Below, one piece after another: positions 17,534 to 27,366 of a DNA stretch of 60,987 nucleotides. How positions within the stretch are numbered: position 1 is the stretch's first letter; each line of letters starts with the position of its first letter. The notes beneath the pieces were generated by a model. It saw only the letters and a program-made list of their open reading frames with translations. It was not told the origin of the DNA and searched no databases. The translations under genes and the position numbers were made by a program. Source of the DNA: an uncultured Anaerolineae bacterium (GTDB lineage Bacteria; Chloroflexota; Anaerolineae; CAYYKQ01); the NCBI GenBank assembly GCA_964440965.1, contig CAYYKQ010000001.1, positions 1 through 60,987 on the forward strand, written 5' to 3'.

Positions 17534-18284
17534 ATCTTCTCCCCCTCTTCCGCCAGCGGTAACCCAGTAAGCCCGCAGCGCAGGCGACCAATCCTAAGTC
17601 CACGAACTGACTCACCCTCCAAGGGCCCACATAGAAGGCCTCGTCGCCGCGGGTGAAATCTAAAAGGAATTGGCCGCCGAAACCGAGGAGGATGTACACC
17701 GAGAAGCTGAACCCGCGGAAAGGCCAATGTCCGCGCTGAAGCCACAGAATGGCGAAGATGATTAAGCTCAGGGCAATTCCCATCACCTGGGTAGGAAAGC
17801 GAGGGGCGCTGATCCCATAGATATCGGGCAAATCTAAGCAGATGGGGCCCATGTCCATCCGGCCGTAAACACAGCCGTGAGCCAGGCAAGCCAACCAGCC
17901 GAAAGCTTGTCCCAAGGCCAGGCCGGGCGCAGCAGCATCGGCAAAGAGCCAGAAAGATGAGCCCTTGTAGGCAGCGTAGATGGCCAGCGCTGCCATTCCC
18001 AGGGGGAAAGCTCCCCAAAACGCCAGACCGCCCCGCCAAAAGAGGAGAGCCTCCCATGGCTTCTCGACGAAGTAGGTGTGGTTCTGAACTACATAGCCCA
18101 GCCTGCCGCCGATCGTTCCCCCCACCAAGGAGAGGAGGATGGCGTCGATGGCCAGCCATGGCGAACCCAGCATCCTTCTGCACTCCCAACAGACGAGGCC
18201 CGATCCGCAGATCAAGCCGAGGGTCAGGAGGACAGTGTAGGAGTAAATGGCCCTATGGCCAATGTGGAAGAGGATGGGATGCAT
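17526..18284 (-). CDS. lgt: Prolipoprotein diacylglyceryl transferase
   Basis: Polytopic 252-aa protein: MHPILFHIGHRAIYSYTVLLTLGL..., GGRLGYV, RFPTQV. Its 3' end overlaps the lipoprotein gene by 8 nt. Confidence 0.75.
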   Translation of the reverse strand: MHPILFHIGHRAIYSYTVLLTLGLICGSGLVCWECRRMLGSPWLAIDAILLSLVGGTIGGRLGYVVQNHTYFVEKPWEALLFWRGGLAFWGAFPLGMAALAIYAAYKGSSFWLFADAAAPGLALGQAFGWLACLAHGCVYGRMDMGPICLDLPDIYGISAPRFPTQVMGIALSLIIFAILWLQRGHWPFRGFSFSVYILLGFGGQFLLDFTRGDEAFYVGPWRVSQFVDLGLVACAAGLLGYRWRKRGRRFE

Positions 18285-18344
18285 CAGAGCCTCCGCGCAG
18301 TCGAACCGATTTAATCATACCACAAGAGGGGCGATTAGTAAAGT

Positions 18345-18374
18345 TTGCCCAGAACATCCCTTTTCTGCTATAAT
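18345..18374 (+). promoter_or_regulatory. Sigma-70 promoter with extended -10
   Basis: TTGCCC, 18 nt, then TGcTATAAT. It lies upstream of the IMPase-family gene. Confidence 0.5.
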
Positions 18375-18403
18375 TTACCTGGCGTCCATGCATGGAGGTG
18401 AAG

Positions 18404-19171
18404 ATGATCGATATCGCTATCGAGGCGGCTCGCGAGGCCGCCTACATCCTAATGGAAAAACTAAATGAGCCGAGGGAGATTAGGGTCAAAGGGGATAGAG
18501 ACATCGTCACTGATGCCGACCTGGCGGCGCAGAAGGCCATCCTGCAGATCATCAAGGCCCACTACCCTGACCACGACATCCTATCGGAGGAATTGGCCCA
18601 TAAGCCCGAGAGGCACTCCGATTACTGCTGGATCATAGACCCCTTGGATGGCACCACCAATTACTCCCGCCGTTATCCCTCTTTCTCCGTCTCCATTGCT
18701 GTCAGCTTCAAAGGGGAGGTCATCTTAGGCGTGGTGTACGATCCCTTCCGTGATCAGCTTTTCCGCGCCCAGCGCGGCGAGGGCGCCCATCTGAACGGGG
18801 AAAGGATCAGAGTGAGCGGGAGGGAAAGCTGCAGTGAGGCTTTGATCGGCTTGGACTGGGCTCGTCGGCCGAAGGAGCGAGCCGAAGTCGTCAGATTGGT
18901 GGAAGCGATCGCTCCGTTGGTCAGGACCCTGCGCACTCCCGGCTCGGCCATCCTGGGGTTATGCTATGTGGCCAGCGGCTGGCTCGATGGTTACCTCAAC
19001 ATCACCCTGAAGCCCTGGGATGGGGCGGCGAGCTCCCTCATCATCCGAGAAGCCGGGGGGAAAGTCACCGATCTGGCCGGCCGGCCCTGGCATCTCGATT
19101 CCCCCCAATGCCTGGCCAGCAATGGCCTCATCCACCAGGAGCTATTGCGTATGCTCGAGAGCGTTCGTTGA
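18404..19171 (+). CDS. Inositol monophosphatase family protein (SuhB-like)
   Basis: ILSEE, WIIDPLDGTTNY and WDGAASSLIIREAGG. I start at the second ATG (18404), which has the SD ggaggtg. The tracked ORF starts at 18392. Confidence 0.88.
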   Translation: MIDIAIEAAREAAYILMEKLNEPREIRVKGDRDIVTDADLAAQKAILQIIKAHYPDHDILSEELAHKPERHSDYCWIIDPLDGTTNYSRRYPSFSVSIAVSFKGEVILGVVYDPFRDQLFRAQRGEGAHLNGERIRVSGRESCSEALIGLDWARRPKERAEVVRLVEAIAPLVRTLRTPGSAILGLCYVASGWLDGYLNITLKPWDGAASSLIIREAGGKVTDLAGRPWHLDSPQCLASNGLIHQELLRMLESVR

Positions 19172-19247
19172 CGAGAGAGCTCATTTCGCATCGTTATAAC
19201 AGGGGGCCTCGGCGAATTCAGGTCAGGATAAAGAATGGAGTGCAGTT

Positions 19248-19610
19248 GTGGGACAAAGGGAGGTTACTATGGCCTCTGAAACTGAGATGAGGAGGAGAAA
19301 GCAACTGGCTGCGGAGATGATCCTCCAAAGCGAGGGTTTGACCGATGAATTGGAGGACGAAGAGGCTGAGGCCCTCCTGGACTGGGGACTGGAGAGGGCT
19401 GAGGCCTTCGCTAACACCACTGAGGGGCTGAGCGAAAAGGAGGCCCGTTCAGCCATCGAGGCGGGCGTCGGATGGGTGAGGAGGGTGATGAAGGCCATCA
19501 ACAAGCTGATAGGGGCAAGGTACGAGATGGCCGACGATGAAATGCTCGAGGAGCTGCTACACCTCATCTCAGTGATCGAGGAAAAGCCCGCCCTGAGGAA
19601 GAAAACTTAG
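19248..19610 (+). CDS. Hypothetical acidic protein
   Basis: 120-aa ORF with coding-like composition and no recognisable family. The start is uncertain. Confidence 0.35.
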   Translation: MGQREVTMASETEMRRRKQLAAEMILQSEGLTDELEDEEAEALLDWGLERAEAFANTTEGLSEKEARSAIEAGVGWVRRVMKAINKLIGARYEMADDEMLEELLHLISVIEEKPALRKKT

Positions 19611-19743
19611 GCCCAAGGAAGGTTGATGACGAGGATGCTCCGATCATCCATGGCTTGGCAGGGGGCCCCTTACCGGAGGGGCTTGGGGGATGGCCGGTTG
19701 AGGCCGATATCTCGTATCTTATGGTTATTATGCAACAACTCTA

Positions 19744-21633
19744 GTGATCAGGTTGGCCTCCCTTGCAGGGAGAGCTAGCAGCGTTTCCTCCTTCAGCGAA
19801 ATGGCAGGCGGAGAGAGGGGAGTTTCTCATCCTCAAAGTTTGCTATCGGCGAGGATGCAACTCGGTTTGGCCCTCGCCTTTTTGTTAGTGGTACTTATCC
19901 TGGCCTCGGCTTCCACCGTGGCTTTCTACGAGTATTTGTTCCAAGGGCGCATTTACCCGGGCGTGAACGCCCTGGGATTCGAACTGGGAGGGCTGAGACC
20001 TGAGGACACGGAGAGGCTCCTGCCGCAGGAGATCGAACCCTACCTGAAGGAGCCCCTGATCCTGCGCCATGAGGATCGAACCTGGTTCGTCACCCCGAAG
20101 GAATTAGGGGCGAGGTTTGACACCCGGGCTATGGCCACTGCGGCTTACCAGGTGGGTCGAGGGGAATCCCTTCTGGACAATCTGAGCGATCAGCTCCACG
20201 CCCTCCGCTTCGGCCGCTCCATCGAAAGGATCATCGCCTTCGATGAAGATGTGGCTCTGAGCTACCTTAGCCAGTTGGCCTCTCAAGTCGACAGTCCCGC
20301 CCGCGATGCGGGCCTCATTCTGCGCGATTCGGAGGTGGAAGCCACCCCCAGCCGGGTCGGATGGAAATTGGAGATAGCCGCGACGTGGGAGCGCATCCGT
20401 CCCCTCATCGCCACCTTCAGGGGAGGCGAGGTGGAGCTGGTGGTAAGGGAGATCCCACCCCTCATCCCTGATGTCAGTGAAGCCAAAGCCCGCCTGGAGA
20501 GGATGATTGGATCGCCCCTGATCCTGACCTACCTCGATGCTGAAGGTTCGTCACAGCCCGCCGTTAAGCGCCGCTGGATCCTCAGCCCAACGGACATCGT
20601 GGATATGCTCACCTTCCGCCAAGTGCAATGCGATGGTCAGATAAAGGTGGAGGTGGGGCTCGATCGGAGCAAGCTGGAGGCCCTGATGCAGCAGATCGCC
20701 CACGAAATCGAACGGCCCCCTGTGCGTGCCCGCTTCGAGTTCGACGAGGCCACCGGGAAGCTCAAGCCGATCGTCCACAGCCGCTGGGGAAGAGCGCTGG
20801 ATGTGGAGGCAGCGGTGCGCCTCATCGAGGACAAAGCGGCAGCCGAGGGGCGGGAGATCTCCCTCCCTGTCCTCCCCATCAAACCGCTGGTGGCCGAGGA
20901 GGATGCCGATAAGCTGGGCATCAAAGAGCTGGTCAGTGAGGGGACCACCTCCTTCACCAACTGGCCCAAGGAGCGGGCACATAACATCCGCCTGGCAGCC
21001 TCCAAATTCCACGGATTGGTGATCCCTCCCGGCGAGGTCTTCTCCTTTAATGAGAATCTGGGCGAGGTGAGCAAGGAAGCAGGTTATGAGGAGTGGTATA
21101 CCATCTTCCCCGAGGAGACCAGGATGGCTGTGGGAGGGGGGATCTGCCAGGTGGCCACCACCTGCTTCCGAGCTGCCTTCTGGGGCGGCTACCCTATCCT
21201 CGAGCGCCATCCCCATGCCTATCGGGTTTACCGGTATGAACCACCCCTGGGCCTGGACGCTACCGTTTTCCAACCCAGGATCGACCTCAAATTCGTTAAC
21301 GATACCCCCTACCACATCCTCATTGAGGCTGGAGTGGAGAAGGACACCCTTGTCTTCCGCTTCTACAGCACATCCATCGGCCGCAAGGTGGAGATGGAGG
21401 GGCCCATCGTGGAGAACGAAGTGCCCCATGGACCTCCCATCTATGAGGAGGACCCCACTCTGCCCAAGGGGACGATTAAGCAGGTGGAACGAGCGCGCAA
21501 CGGGATGGATGTGACCATCTATAGGGTCATCAAGCAAGGTGGGAAGGTGGTTAAGAGGGAGAAGTTCTTCAGCCGGTACAAGCCCTGGCGGGCCAGGTAC
21601 TTAGTGGGCACTGGGGAAGCCGTCCAGGAATAA
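19744..21633 (+). CDS. VanW-family protein with N-terminal membrane anchor
   Basis: FSFNENLGEVSKEAGYEE, GGGICQVATTCFRAAFWGGYPILERHPHAYRV and a G5-like C-terminus. The start is uncertain: GTG 19744, ATG 19801 or ATG 19855 just before the TM helix. Confidence 0.8.
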   Translation: MIRLASLAGRASSVSSFSEMAGGERGVSHPQSLLSARMQLGLALAFLLVVLILASASTVAFYEYLFQGRIYPGVNALGFELGGLRPEDTERLLPQEIEPYLKEPLILRHEDRTWFVTPKELGARFDTRAMATAAYQVGRGESLLDNLSDQLHALRFGRSIERIIAFDEDVALSYLSQLASQVDSPARDAGLILRDSEVEATPSRVGWKLEIAATWERIRPLIATFRGGEVELVVREIPPLIPDVSEAKARLERMIGSPLILTYLDAEGSSQPAVKRRWILSPTDIVDMLTFRQVQCDGQIKVEVGLDRSKLEALMQQIAHEIERPPVRARFEFDEATGKLKPIVHSRWGRALDVEAAVRLIEDKAAAEGREISLPVLPIKPLVAEEDADKLGIKELVSEGTTSFTNWPKERAHNIRLAASKFHGLVIPPGEVFSFNENLGEVSKEAGYEEWYTIFPEETRMAVGGGICQVATTCFRAAFWGGYPILERHPHAYRVYRYEPPLGLDATVFQPRIDLKFVNDTPYHILIEAGVEKDTLVFRFYSTSIGRKVEMEGPIVENEVPHGPPIYEEDPTLPKGTIKQVERARNGMDVTIYRVIKQGGKVVKREKFFSRYKPWRARYLVGTGEAVQE

Positions 21634-21672
21634 CCCATTTCCCTGCGCATCCCAAAACCCTTGGGAAGGCGT

Positions 21673-21714
21673 AAAAGGCCATTCGCTTGGTCAACTGCCG
21701 GGCGAATGGCCTTT
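21673..21714. terminator. Bidirectional terminator hairpin between convergent genes
   Basis: Perfect 13-bp stem aaaggccattcgc / gcgaatggccttt, flanked by an A-run on one side and a T-run on the other. Confidence 0.65.
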
Positions 21715-21747
21715 CATTTCACAGACTTTCAGTCAGCGCACTTGCCC

Positions 21748-24700
21748 CTATGAAGACCCCGGCCGATTCGACAATGGATACCAGATGCCCGGCTGGCTCA
21801 ATCGAATTTTGGCGGGTTCCATGCTCTGATTCGCCCCTAGGGTTCGGGAAGGCGGTCTCAGAGAGCCGCCCTTGCCTGCGCTTGCGCCCGTCCTCTTGCG
21901 CAGCAGGACATTGTCTACATAGCTCCCTTCGTAAGTAATGCTGGAGTCGCTGCCGAATACAAGGGCTATCCAGACCTGCTCCTCGCCCAGCAGGCTGCCC
22001 AACTCGGGCACATCGCTCAGGTCCAGCAACTCACCCGTCGTCCAACTTGACCAATCGCCAGTGACGAGTGTGCCATGGTAGTTTTCCCCATCGATGGAAG
22101 CGCCCCAGAAGAAGAGGTCGTATCCGTACTCGGTTTTGCTCCACCAATCGAAGGTCAACTCGGCCGCTGTGGCATCGGCCAGGCTGAAGGGGCCATGGAT
22201 CATCCAAGCGAACACATCGTTTGGATAGTCGCTGCCGCAATTCAGGGTGGTGTCACCTGCGCCGACACACCATGCGCTGTAGGAGCCCCCGTTGTTCCGG
22301 CAGTCTCGCTTGCCCCAGTAATAGTGACCGCTGTCCGGGTCGTTATCGCGGACCTCCCAGGTGCCATCCGGGAAGCTTCCCTCGAAATCCTCGGCCATGA
22401 TGTTTATCCAGCCCGTTGGAGGAGTTGGCGTTGCCGTCGGTGTGGCTGTTGGCGTAGGTGTCTGTGTTGGCGTGGCTGTAAGCGTGGGTGTTGGGGTAGG
22501 AGTCATTGGCGTTCCCGTGGGCGTCGGGGTAGGAGCGCCAGGGCTGTAGTTCTTTAGGATGATAGGCAGGTAGATTTTGAAGCCGGGCGGCGTGGGGGTG
22601 AGGGTTGGCGATGGCGTGGCCGTTGGGGTGGCTGTTGGCGTAGGTGTCTGTGTTGGCGTAAGGGTGGGAGTGCTGGTCGGTGTAGGGGTAGGGGGCTGGG
22701 TCTCAGTGACATCACCAGAAATAACCAGGGCATAAGGCTGAGGCCCTTGCGGCACATTGTATCCCTCAACCTTTATCGTGTAGTTGCCAGGAGATGGGGT
22801 GTCTATGTCTACTCCCACCACGTTATTCACCCTGTCCGCGGAAGTGCTGTAATCAGGTGAGACTACGACAGCTCGGATAGCCCAATTTCCATTGGGTATT
22901 GAACCATACGGCAAAGTATTCCATGAGGTTCCATCATATAGGTAACTGCGCCCAGCGGGAGAGGTACAGTCAATATATAGCCAGGGGTTAGTACTTAACG
23001 TTCCGGTAAAGTGCAGTTCAATGTAAAAATCGCCTTCAGTTATAGTCACCCCAGAGATATCAACGGTAAACCATCCGCTGGTGACAGGGGTAACGTCGGT
23101 GCTAAATAGTTTGGTGCCTGGTAAGCCGCCGGCTCCATCGTCATCCCATACGTTACAAGTGAACCGAGGCGAAGGTACATCTTTCAAAGACAACAAAAAA
23201 CGCGCTTTGTCTAAAGTCACCGGATAGGAGATAGGTGTAAATCTGACTGCAAATCCACGGTTAGCGCGTGCCATCCGACAACGGCCTTCATGAGTGCGAT
23301 CGTCATAGCTGAGGAGCTGGCTAACTCCCCGCTGGCTGGCATGGTTAGGATAGTATGCCGTCCCCGACGGATCGGTGACGGTGAGATCGAGGTCGTTGAC
23401 CAGGCCCCCGGCGGCCACAGCACTGCCAGGCCAGTCGCTCCACACCAGCGTCACCCTCAACGGCACCACTGAGCTATTAACGGTATAATTGTAGGTCTTG
23501 CTTCCACCTGTGTGAAGCCCTGAGGTCTCGTCAAAATAGTAAATCCTTTTCGGAGCCGCGGGGAAAAGAGAGTTCTCGAGATCCACCCTGCCCCAGCCCT
23601 CGACGTTATTGGGCGGCGGCGGAGGCGGGATCTCCCGGTAAGCCCCTGTTCCATACTGGCCAGGAGTAATGTCGCGCGCCCCATTGATGAGCATTGCCTT
23701 GATCAGGGCAGCGCTGGGGGTGATACCCTCAATATCGGTGTAGAACTGCCTCACCAGGGTGGCAGCGCCGGCCACAAGGGGGGTGGACATGCTAGTGCCG
23801 CCCATGTACATGTAGTAGCTGTTAATCGGCCCCCAGCCGTTTCCACTGATCATTGACGATCTCGTAGATGCAACGAACGTTCCAGGAGCCACAAGATCCG
23901 GTTTGAATCTCCCGTCAAGGCAAGGGCCGCGGCTGCTGAAGGCCACCATCCCGTTGGGATTGTCGGCTATTCGGTCATCCTTGATGGGGTTGGCCGGGAA
24001 GTCGTCGGGCCAACCTTGGCCCCAGGTAACAGTGAAATCCGGCCTATCGTTCTCTGTACCTCCGACGGTGATGCAATTCTTGGCCGTTCCCGGCTCGCCC
24101 ATTGAGACCAGATCTACAACACCATCTGCATCGCTGTCAACACCCTCATTGCCAGCTGCGAAGAGGATGGTGAAGTCTTTGTGGTCCCAGATAAACTCGT
24201 CGACATCCTCTGAACCCGAGCTATACACGCCCTTCTCAGCACCACCCCAGCTATTGGTGTGGATGCTTGCCCCAGCGGTGCGCGCCTGGTCGAAAAGGAT
24301 GTTCAGATCGGTGGGGATGCCCGAGAGTGCCTCAGTGGCGTTATCCTCTACCGCTTGAAAGACAAGGCTGGCTTCGGGTGCCATTCCCGCATAGCAATTA
24401 CTGGGATAGGTGTGAGTTGAAGGGGTGCTACCTGACCTGCTTCCATTTCCTAAAACTGATCCGGCCACGTGAGTGCCGTGACCGCTATTGACATCGTCCG
24501 CTCCATCGCCTACCAAGTCGTAGATGGCGATGACCCTCGATCCTCCGCTCCCATCTTCGAAGTCATCGTGGAGGCTAGCAGGATCGGTGGAGCCCCGATC
24601 CAAACCTGTATCGCACACAGCGACAATCTGCCCCGCGCCATAAAGCCTATGGGTGTTCCAGACGTCCCGCACATTCATGATGTCTGCCGCTTTGTTGTTA

Positions 24701-25404
24701 AGCAATTCCCATTTGGGCTCAAGCTCCACCCACTTCACGCCTGTGATATTGGCTATGGCCCCAATTTGTGTAGAATCTATCTCAACCTTGATCTTCCCCT
24801 TCCACCTGGTCTCTGTGACATCCAGGATCGTCCCGCCCAATTCTTTCAGCCGATTCGAGATCGCAGTGAGGTCCTCCCCCTTAAAGACCACAACGATCAG
24901 GGTGACCGATTCAGGGCCCTCAGCCAGGGCATAGGTGCTCATCAGTTGCGGCTCTATCCTGTACCCTGGCTGATAGATCCCCACCCAGCGGACCTCTTCC
25001 ATGGCCTCGACAGCGGCCTTTGTGGCTGCGTTCATCTTCACTATGAAAGCGAAATCCGGTATGTAGTCGAAGATCTTTGCGCCAGCGTCCGTTATGGCAT
25101 CCTTCCAAGCCTGCACTATCGGACCTTTGAATTGCAGGATGTAGTACCCTTCCTCACCAGCAGGATAACTTTCCAGCTTAAGATCGCTGGGAAGAGAGAT
25201 AGGGATTGGTTCAGCTAAAGGATCGAATGTCCCGCTGGCTAGGCGGATATATGGACCTTGGCTAACCGTGCCAGTAGGCGCGGGCAATGAGCCGAAAGCG
25301 GAGGCCCCCTCGCCCGCATTCAGCACTGTCAGCAAGATCACACCGATCAGAATCGCTGTGCCTAGAGCCCCAATGAGTTTATTTCTCATCTTTTTGCTTT
25401 CCAT
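21748..25404 (-). CDS. Secreted subtilisin-like (S8) serine protease with PT-rich linkers and an appended C-terminal domain
   Basis: Catalytic triad contexts VAVCDTGLD, GHGTHVAGS and GGTSMSTP. Signal/TM segment LIGALGTAILIGVILLTVL. Strong SD aaggagg 5 nt before the ATG. Confidence 0.88.
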   Translation of the reverse strand: MESKKMRNKLIGALGTAILIGVILLTVLNAGEGASAFGSLPAPTGTVSQGPYIRLASGTFDPLAEPIPISLPSDLKLESYPAGEEGYYILQFKGPIVQAWKDAITDAGAKIFDYIPDFAFIVKMNAATKAAVEAMEEVRWVGIYQPGYRIEPQLMSTYALAEGPESVTLIVVVFKGEDLTAISNRLKELGGTILDVTETRWKGKIKVEIDSTQIGAIANITGVKWVELEPKWELLNNKAADIMNVRDVWNTHRLYGAGQIVAVCDTGLDRGSTDPASLHDDFEDGSGGSRVIAIYDLVGDGADDVNSGHGTHVAGSVLGNGSRSGSTPSTHTYPSNCYAGMAPEASLVFQAVEDNATEALSGIPTDLNILFDQARTAGASIHTNSWGGAEKGVYSSGSEDVDEFIWDHKDFTILFAAGNEGVDSDADGVVDLVSMGEPGTAKNCITVGGTENDRPDFTVTWGQGWPDDFPANPIKDDRIADNPNGMVAFSSRGPCLDGRFKPDLVAPGTFVASTRSSMISGNGWGPINSYYMYMGGTSMSTPLVAGAATLVRQFYTDIEGITPSAALIKAMLINGARDITPGQYGTGAYREIPPPPPPNNVEGWGRVDLENSLFPAAPKRIYYFDETSGLHTGGSKTYNYTVNSSVVPLRVTLVWSDWPGSAVAAGGLVNDLDLTVTDPSGTAYYPNHASQRGVSQLLSYDDRTHEGRCRMARANRGFAVRFTPISYPVTLDKARFLLSLKDVPSPRFTCNVWDDDGAGGLPGTKLFSTDVTPVTSGWFTVDISGVTITEGDFYIELHFTGTLSTNPWLYIDCTSPAGRSYLYDGTSWNTLPYGSIPNGNWAIRAVVVSPDYSTSADRVNNVVGVDIDTPSPGNYTIKVEGYNVPQGPQPYALVISGDVTETQPPTPTPTSTPTLTPTQTPTPTATPTATPSPTLTPTPPGFKIYLPIILKNYSPGAPTPTPTGTPMTPTPTPTLTATPTQTPTPTATPTATPTPPTGWINIMAEDFEGSFPDGTWEVRDNDPDSGHYYWGKRDCRNNGGSYSAWCVGAGDTTLNCGSDYPNDVFAWMIHGPFSLADATAAELTFDWWSKTEYGYDLFFWGASIDGENYHGTLVTGDWSSWTTGELLDLSDVPELGSLLGEEQVWIALVFGSDSSITYEGSYVDNVLLRKRTGASAGKGGSLRPPSRTLGANQSMEPAKIRLSQPGIWYPLSNRPGSS

Positions 25405-25428
25405 TTTTGCCTCCTTCGATTGATAACA

Positions 25429-25472
25429 AAGCGCTAGCTCCCAGGTGCAAAGACGACTGGGAGCTAGCGCTT
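25429..25472 (-). other. Perfect 16-bp-stem hairpin immediately upstream of the protease SD
   Basis: aagcgctagctcccag-(12 nt)-ctgggagctagcgctt. It is related in sequence to the terminator stem at 25589-25633. Confidence 0.6.
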
Positions 25473-25580
25473 ATGATACACCTTGCTCTAACAGAGAAAA
25501 CTTACCAGATCAATGGCCTATAGACAGAAGACAATGAATCCCCATCGTCTAGCCCTTTCGGCTTTGCCGTGTCCCAACCG

Positions 25581-25633
25581 AAAAAGCAAAGCGCCAGCTT
25601 CGGGTAAAGGATCCCCTCCCATAGCTGGCGCTT
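25581..25633 (-). terminator. Rho-independent terminator of the tRNA pair
   Basis: Minus strand reads aagcgccagct-(23 nt)-agctggcgctt followed by tgcttttt. Confidence 0.6.
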
Positions 25634-25785
25634 CATTCGCTCATTTCACGCCTCCTTGCATGCTAAAACCCAATCTCCGGCAGGCGCTATGTAGACTTAA
25701 TTCTTAGTTACATTATACCACAAAGCGCTGAAAAATGTCAAACTAGCTGAGTGGACGCCGCACCCGGCTTATAGTGAGCCATAGA

Positions 25786-25857
25786 TGGCGGCAACAGGAC
25801 TTGAACCTATGACCAAGGGCTTATGAGTCCCCTGCTCTACCGCTGAGCTATGCCGCC
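25786..25857 (-). tRNA. tRNA-Met: tRNA with CAT anticodon, elongator-Met type (tRNA-Ile2/lysidine not excluded)
   Basis: Hand-folded cloverleaf: acceptor GGCGGCA/TGCCGCC, D-stem GCTC/GAGC, anticodon loop CTCATAA, T-loop TTCAAGT. No encoded CCA. Confidence 0.85.
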
Positions 25858-25943
25858 GTTTGGCTGATAGCCGATGGCAGAGATAACCTGTCCCTTTTTT
25901 AAGCGCGCCATAAGCTATCTGCCATTCGCTATCTACTAATAAG

Positions 25944-26015
25944 TAGCGGGGGCGGGACTCGAACCCACGACCTCCGGGTTATGAGCCCGACGAGCTTCCA
26001 CTGCTCCACCCCGCG
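25944..26015 (-). tRNA. tRNA-fMet: Initiator tRNA-fMet (CAT)
   Basis: CGCGGGGTGGAGCAG...TCGGGCTCATAACCCGG... has three G:C pairs closing the anticodon stem and an unpaired C1 opposite position 72. It closely resembles E. coli tRNA-fMet. No encoded CCA. Confidence 0.88.
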
Positions 26016-26025
26016 TCATTAAATA

Positions 26026-26922
26026 TTATACGAGACTATCGCATAACCTTCTAACAGGGGCCAAGAGGCGTGATGGCGAGTGCATAAGGTCGGATCTTCC
26101 CACGGTGACGGCTGTCCAAGCGACGATGAGCACAGCGATGTAGACGAATAACGTATGCCGCCAGACTTTAGCTAATCCCATCACTTGGAAGTCGTTTAAT
26201 CCATAGTATCGTTTTCAGCAGGGCAAAGAAGCGCTCAATATAGCCCCTTTTGCCCCGTGTTTTCCCCATCACTTGACCCATCCCAGTGTAACCAGGAACT
26301 TCTTCCCCGCCCTTCGGGGGTTGAAATCGATAATGGGCTGGCCCTGTAGAATAAAGTATTCACATGGTGAAATAGGCGGAATCGGCCCGAACGACCCTTA
26401 CTGGCAGATGGAAAAGCCATTGGACCAAGGCCAATAGTGGCACCGCCAAAGGGGCATCGTTACGATTGGCCGGGGTCACCAGGAACATCGAATCGCGGCA
26501 GATGACCATATGGATCTTGTAGCCGAACTCTTGGCATAACTCCAGGCGGCTTCCATGTCCTTTTGGGAGAAGGACAAAACCGTTGTTGAGTCGATGACCA
26601 GGTCACTCCCCAGGATGATACTTTGGATCAGCTGCCAAACCAAAGCATACTTTATGTCATCGCACTTGCTCCTTTCTCCAGCTTTGCCTTGGCCAGTAAA
26701 TCGCTTGGCAAAAGCCTGCCGACTGATGCATTTCCCGCTTGGCTCTGGGTTCAGACATGATGGCCCGATGCTCACCTTTGGCCTCGAACCTCGATCTCGC
26801 ATGTGAATTCCTTTGTCATGCTCTGCCCAGTCGGGTGAGAGGGGTCCATCTCCGGCGGTATGAAGCCTGTGCGTGAGGGTGGCGGCTCCAGCGGTGGACG
26901 CGTCGGCGTTCCTTCGGTGCAA
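26026..26922 (-). pseudogene. Decayed DDE (IS4-like) transposase with at least two frameshifts
   Basis: Three different minus frames each carry a transposase fragment. These are DLVIDSTTVLSF, then GYKIHMVICRDSMFLVTPANRNDAPLAV...VRADSAYF, then GYIERFFALLK / RYYGLNDFQVMGLAKVWRHTLFVYIAVLIV. The remnant ends 11 nt from tRNA-fMet. Confidence 0.7.
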
Positions 26923-26929
26923 GTTTTTC

Positions 26930-27300
26930 TGGCATCTCCTCCCACGCCCGGCGATAGCCCAAATTCAACTTGGTCCTGCCCTCAGGAACGGCCTTAAGGC
27001 GCCAGAACTGCTTCCCACCACCTCTACACGAGATGGGTCAGAGGGAATAAAGCCTTGGTCAAGCAGCTCCAGCACACTTCTGTCCTGCTCCGCCATCTCC
27101 CACGTGTAGCCGGTAGATGGGTTGGAGAGAAAGCCCAGGCGCAGGATGCCGCCGACGTTAACTACTACCTTTTTACCATTGTCCTCCGGCCCAATGATCA
27201 CCTCCACATCGGAGAGGTTCCCTTTGCCTGAGTGCACCCAGCGGTCGCCAAGAGCATAGCTGCAGAGGCAGGGCATACTGGATCCGCCGGGTTTGCCCAC
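26930..27300 (-). pseudogene. Chagasin-family (I42) peptidase inhibitor, frameshifted
   Basis: LRLGFLSNPSTGYTWEM is the I42 hallmark. The expected C-terminal part GGKQFWRLKAVPEGRTKLNLGYRRAWEE is in another frame, with the shift near 27008-27022. Confidence 0.6.
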
Positions 27301-27366
27301 GATCAGGCGGAGGCAAGCCTTCCCTAAGGCTCATCCTCTGAGGAATATGGTCAAGATTGTGGTCAC

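Noticed and set aside
22400-22700. Highly repetitive nucleotide stretches at 22400-22700, 35760-35900 and 48800-48850, considered as a CRISPR array or satellite.
   Set aside because: They are in-frame Pro/Thr linker codons (TPTPTxTP) within long ORFs. There is no constant repeat alternating with unique spacers. No cas genes were seen in the window.
26476-26922. The 148-aa ORF as an intact gene.
   Set aside because: Only its C-terminal part (DLVIDSTTV...) looks transposase-like. The continuation of the transposase is in other frames, so I treat it as part of a decayed IS.
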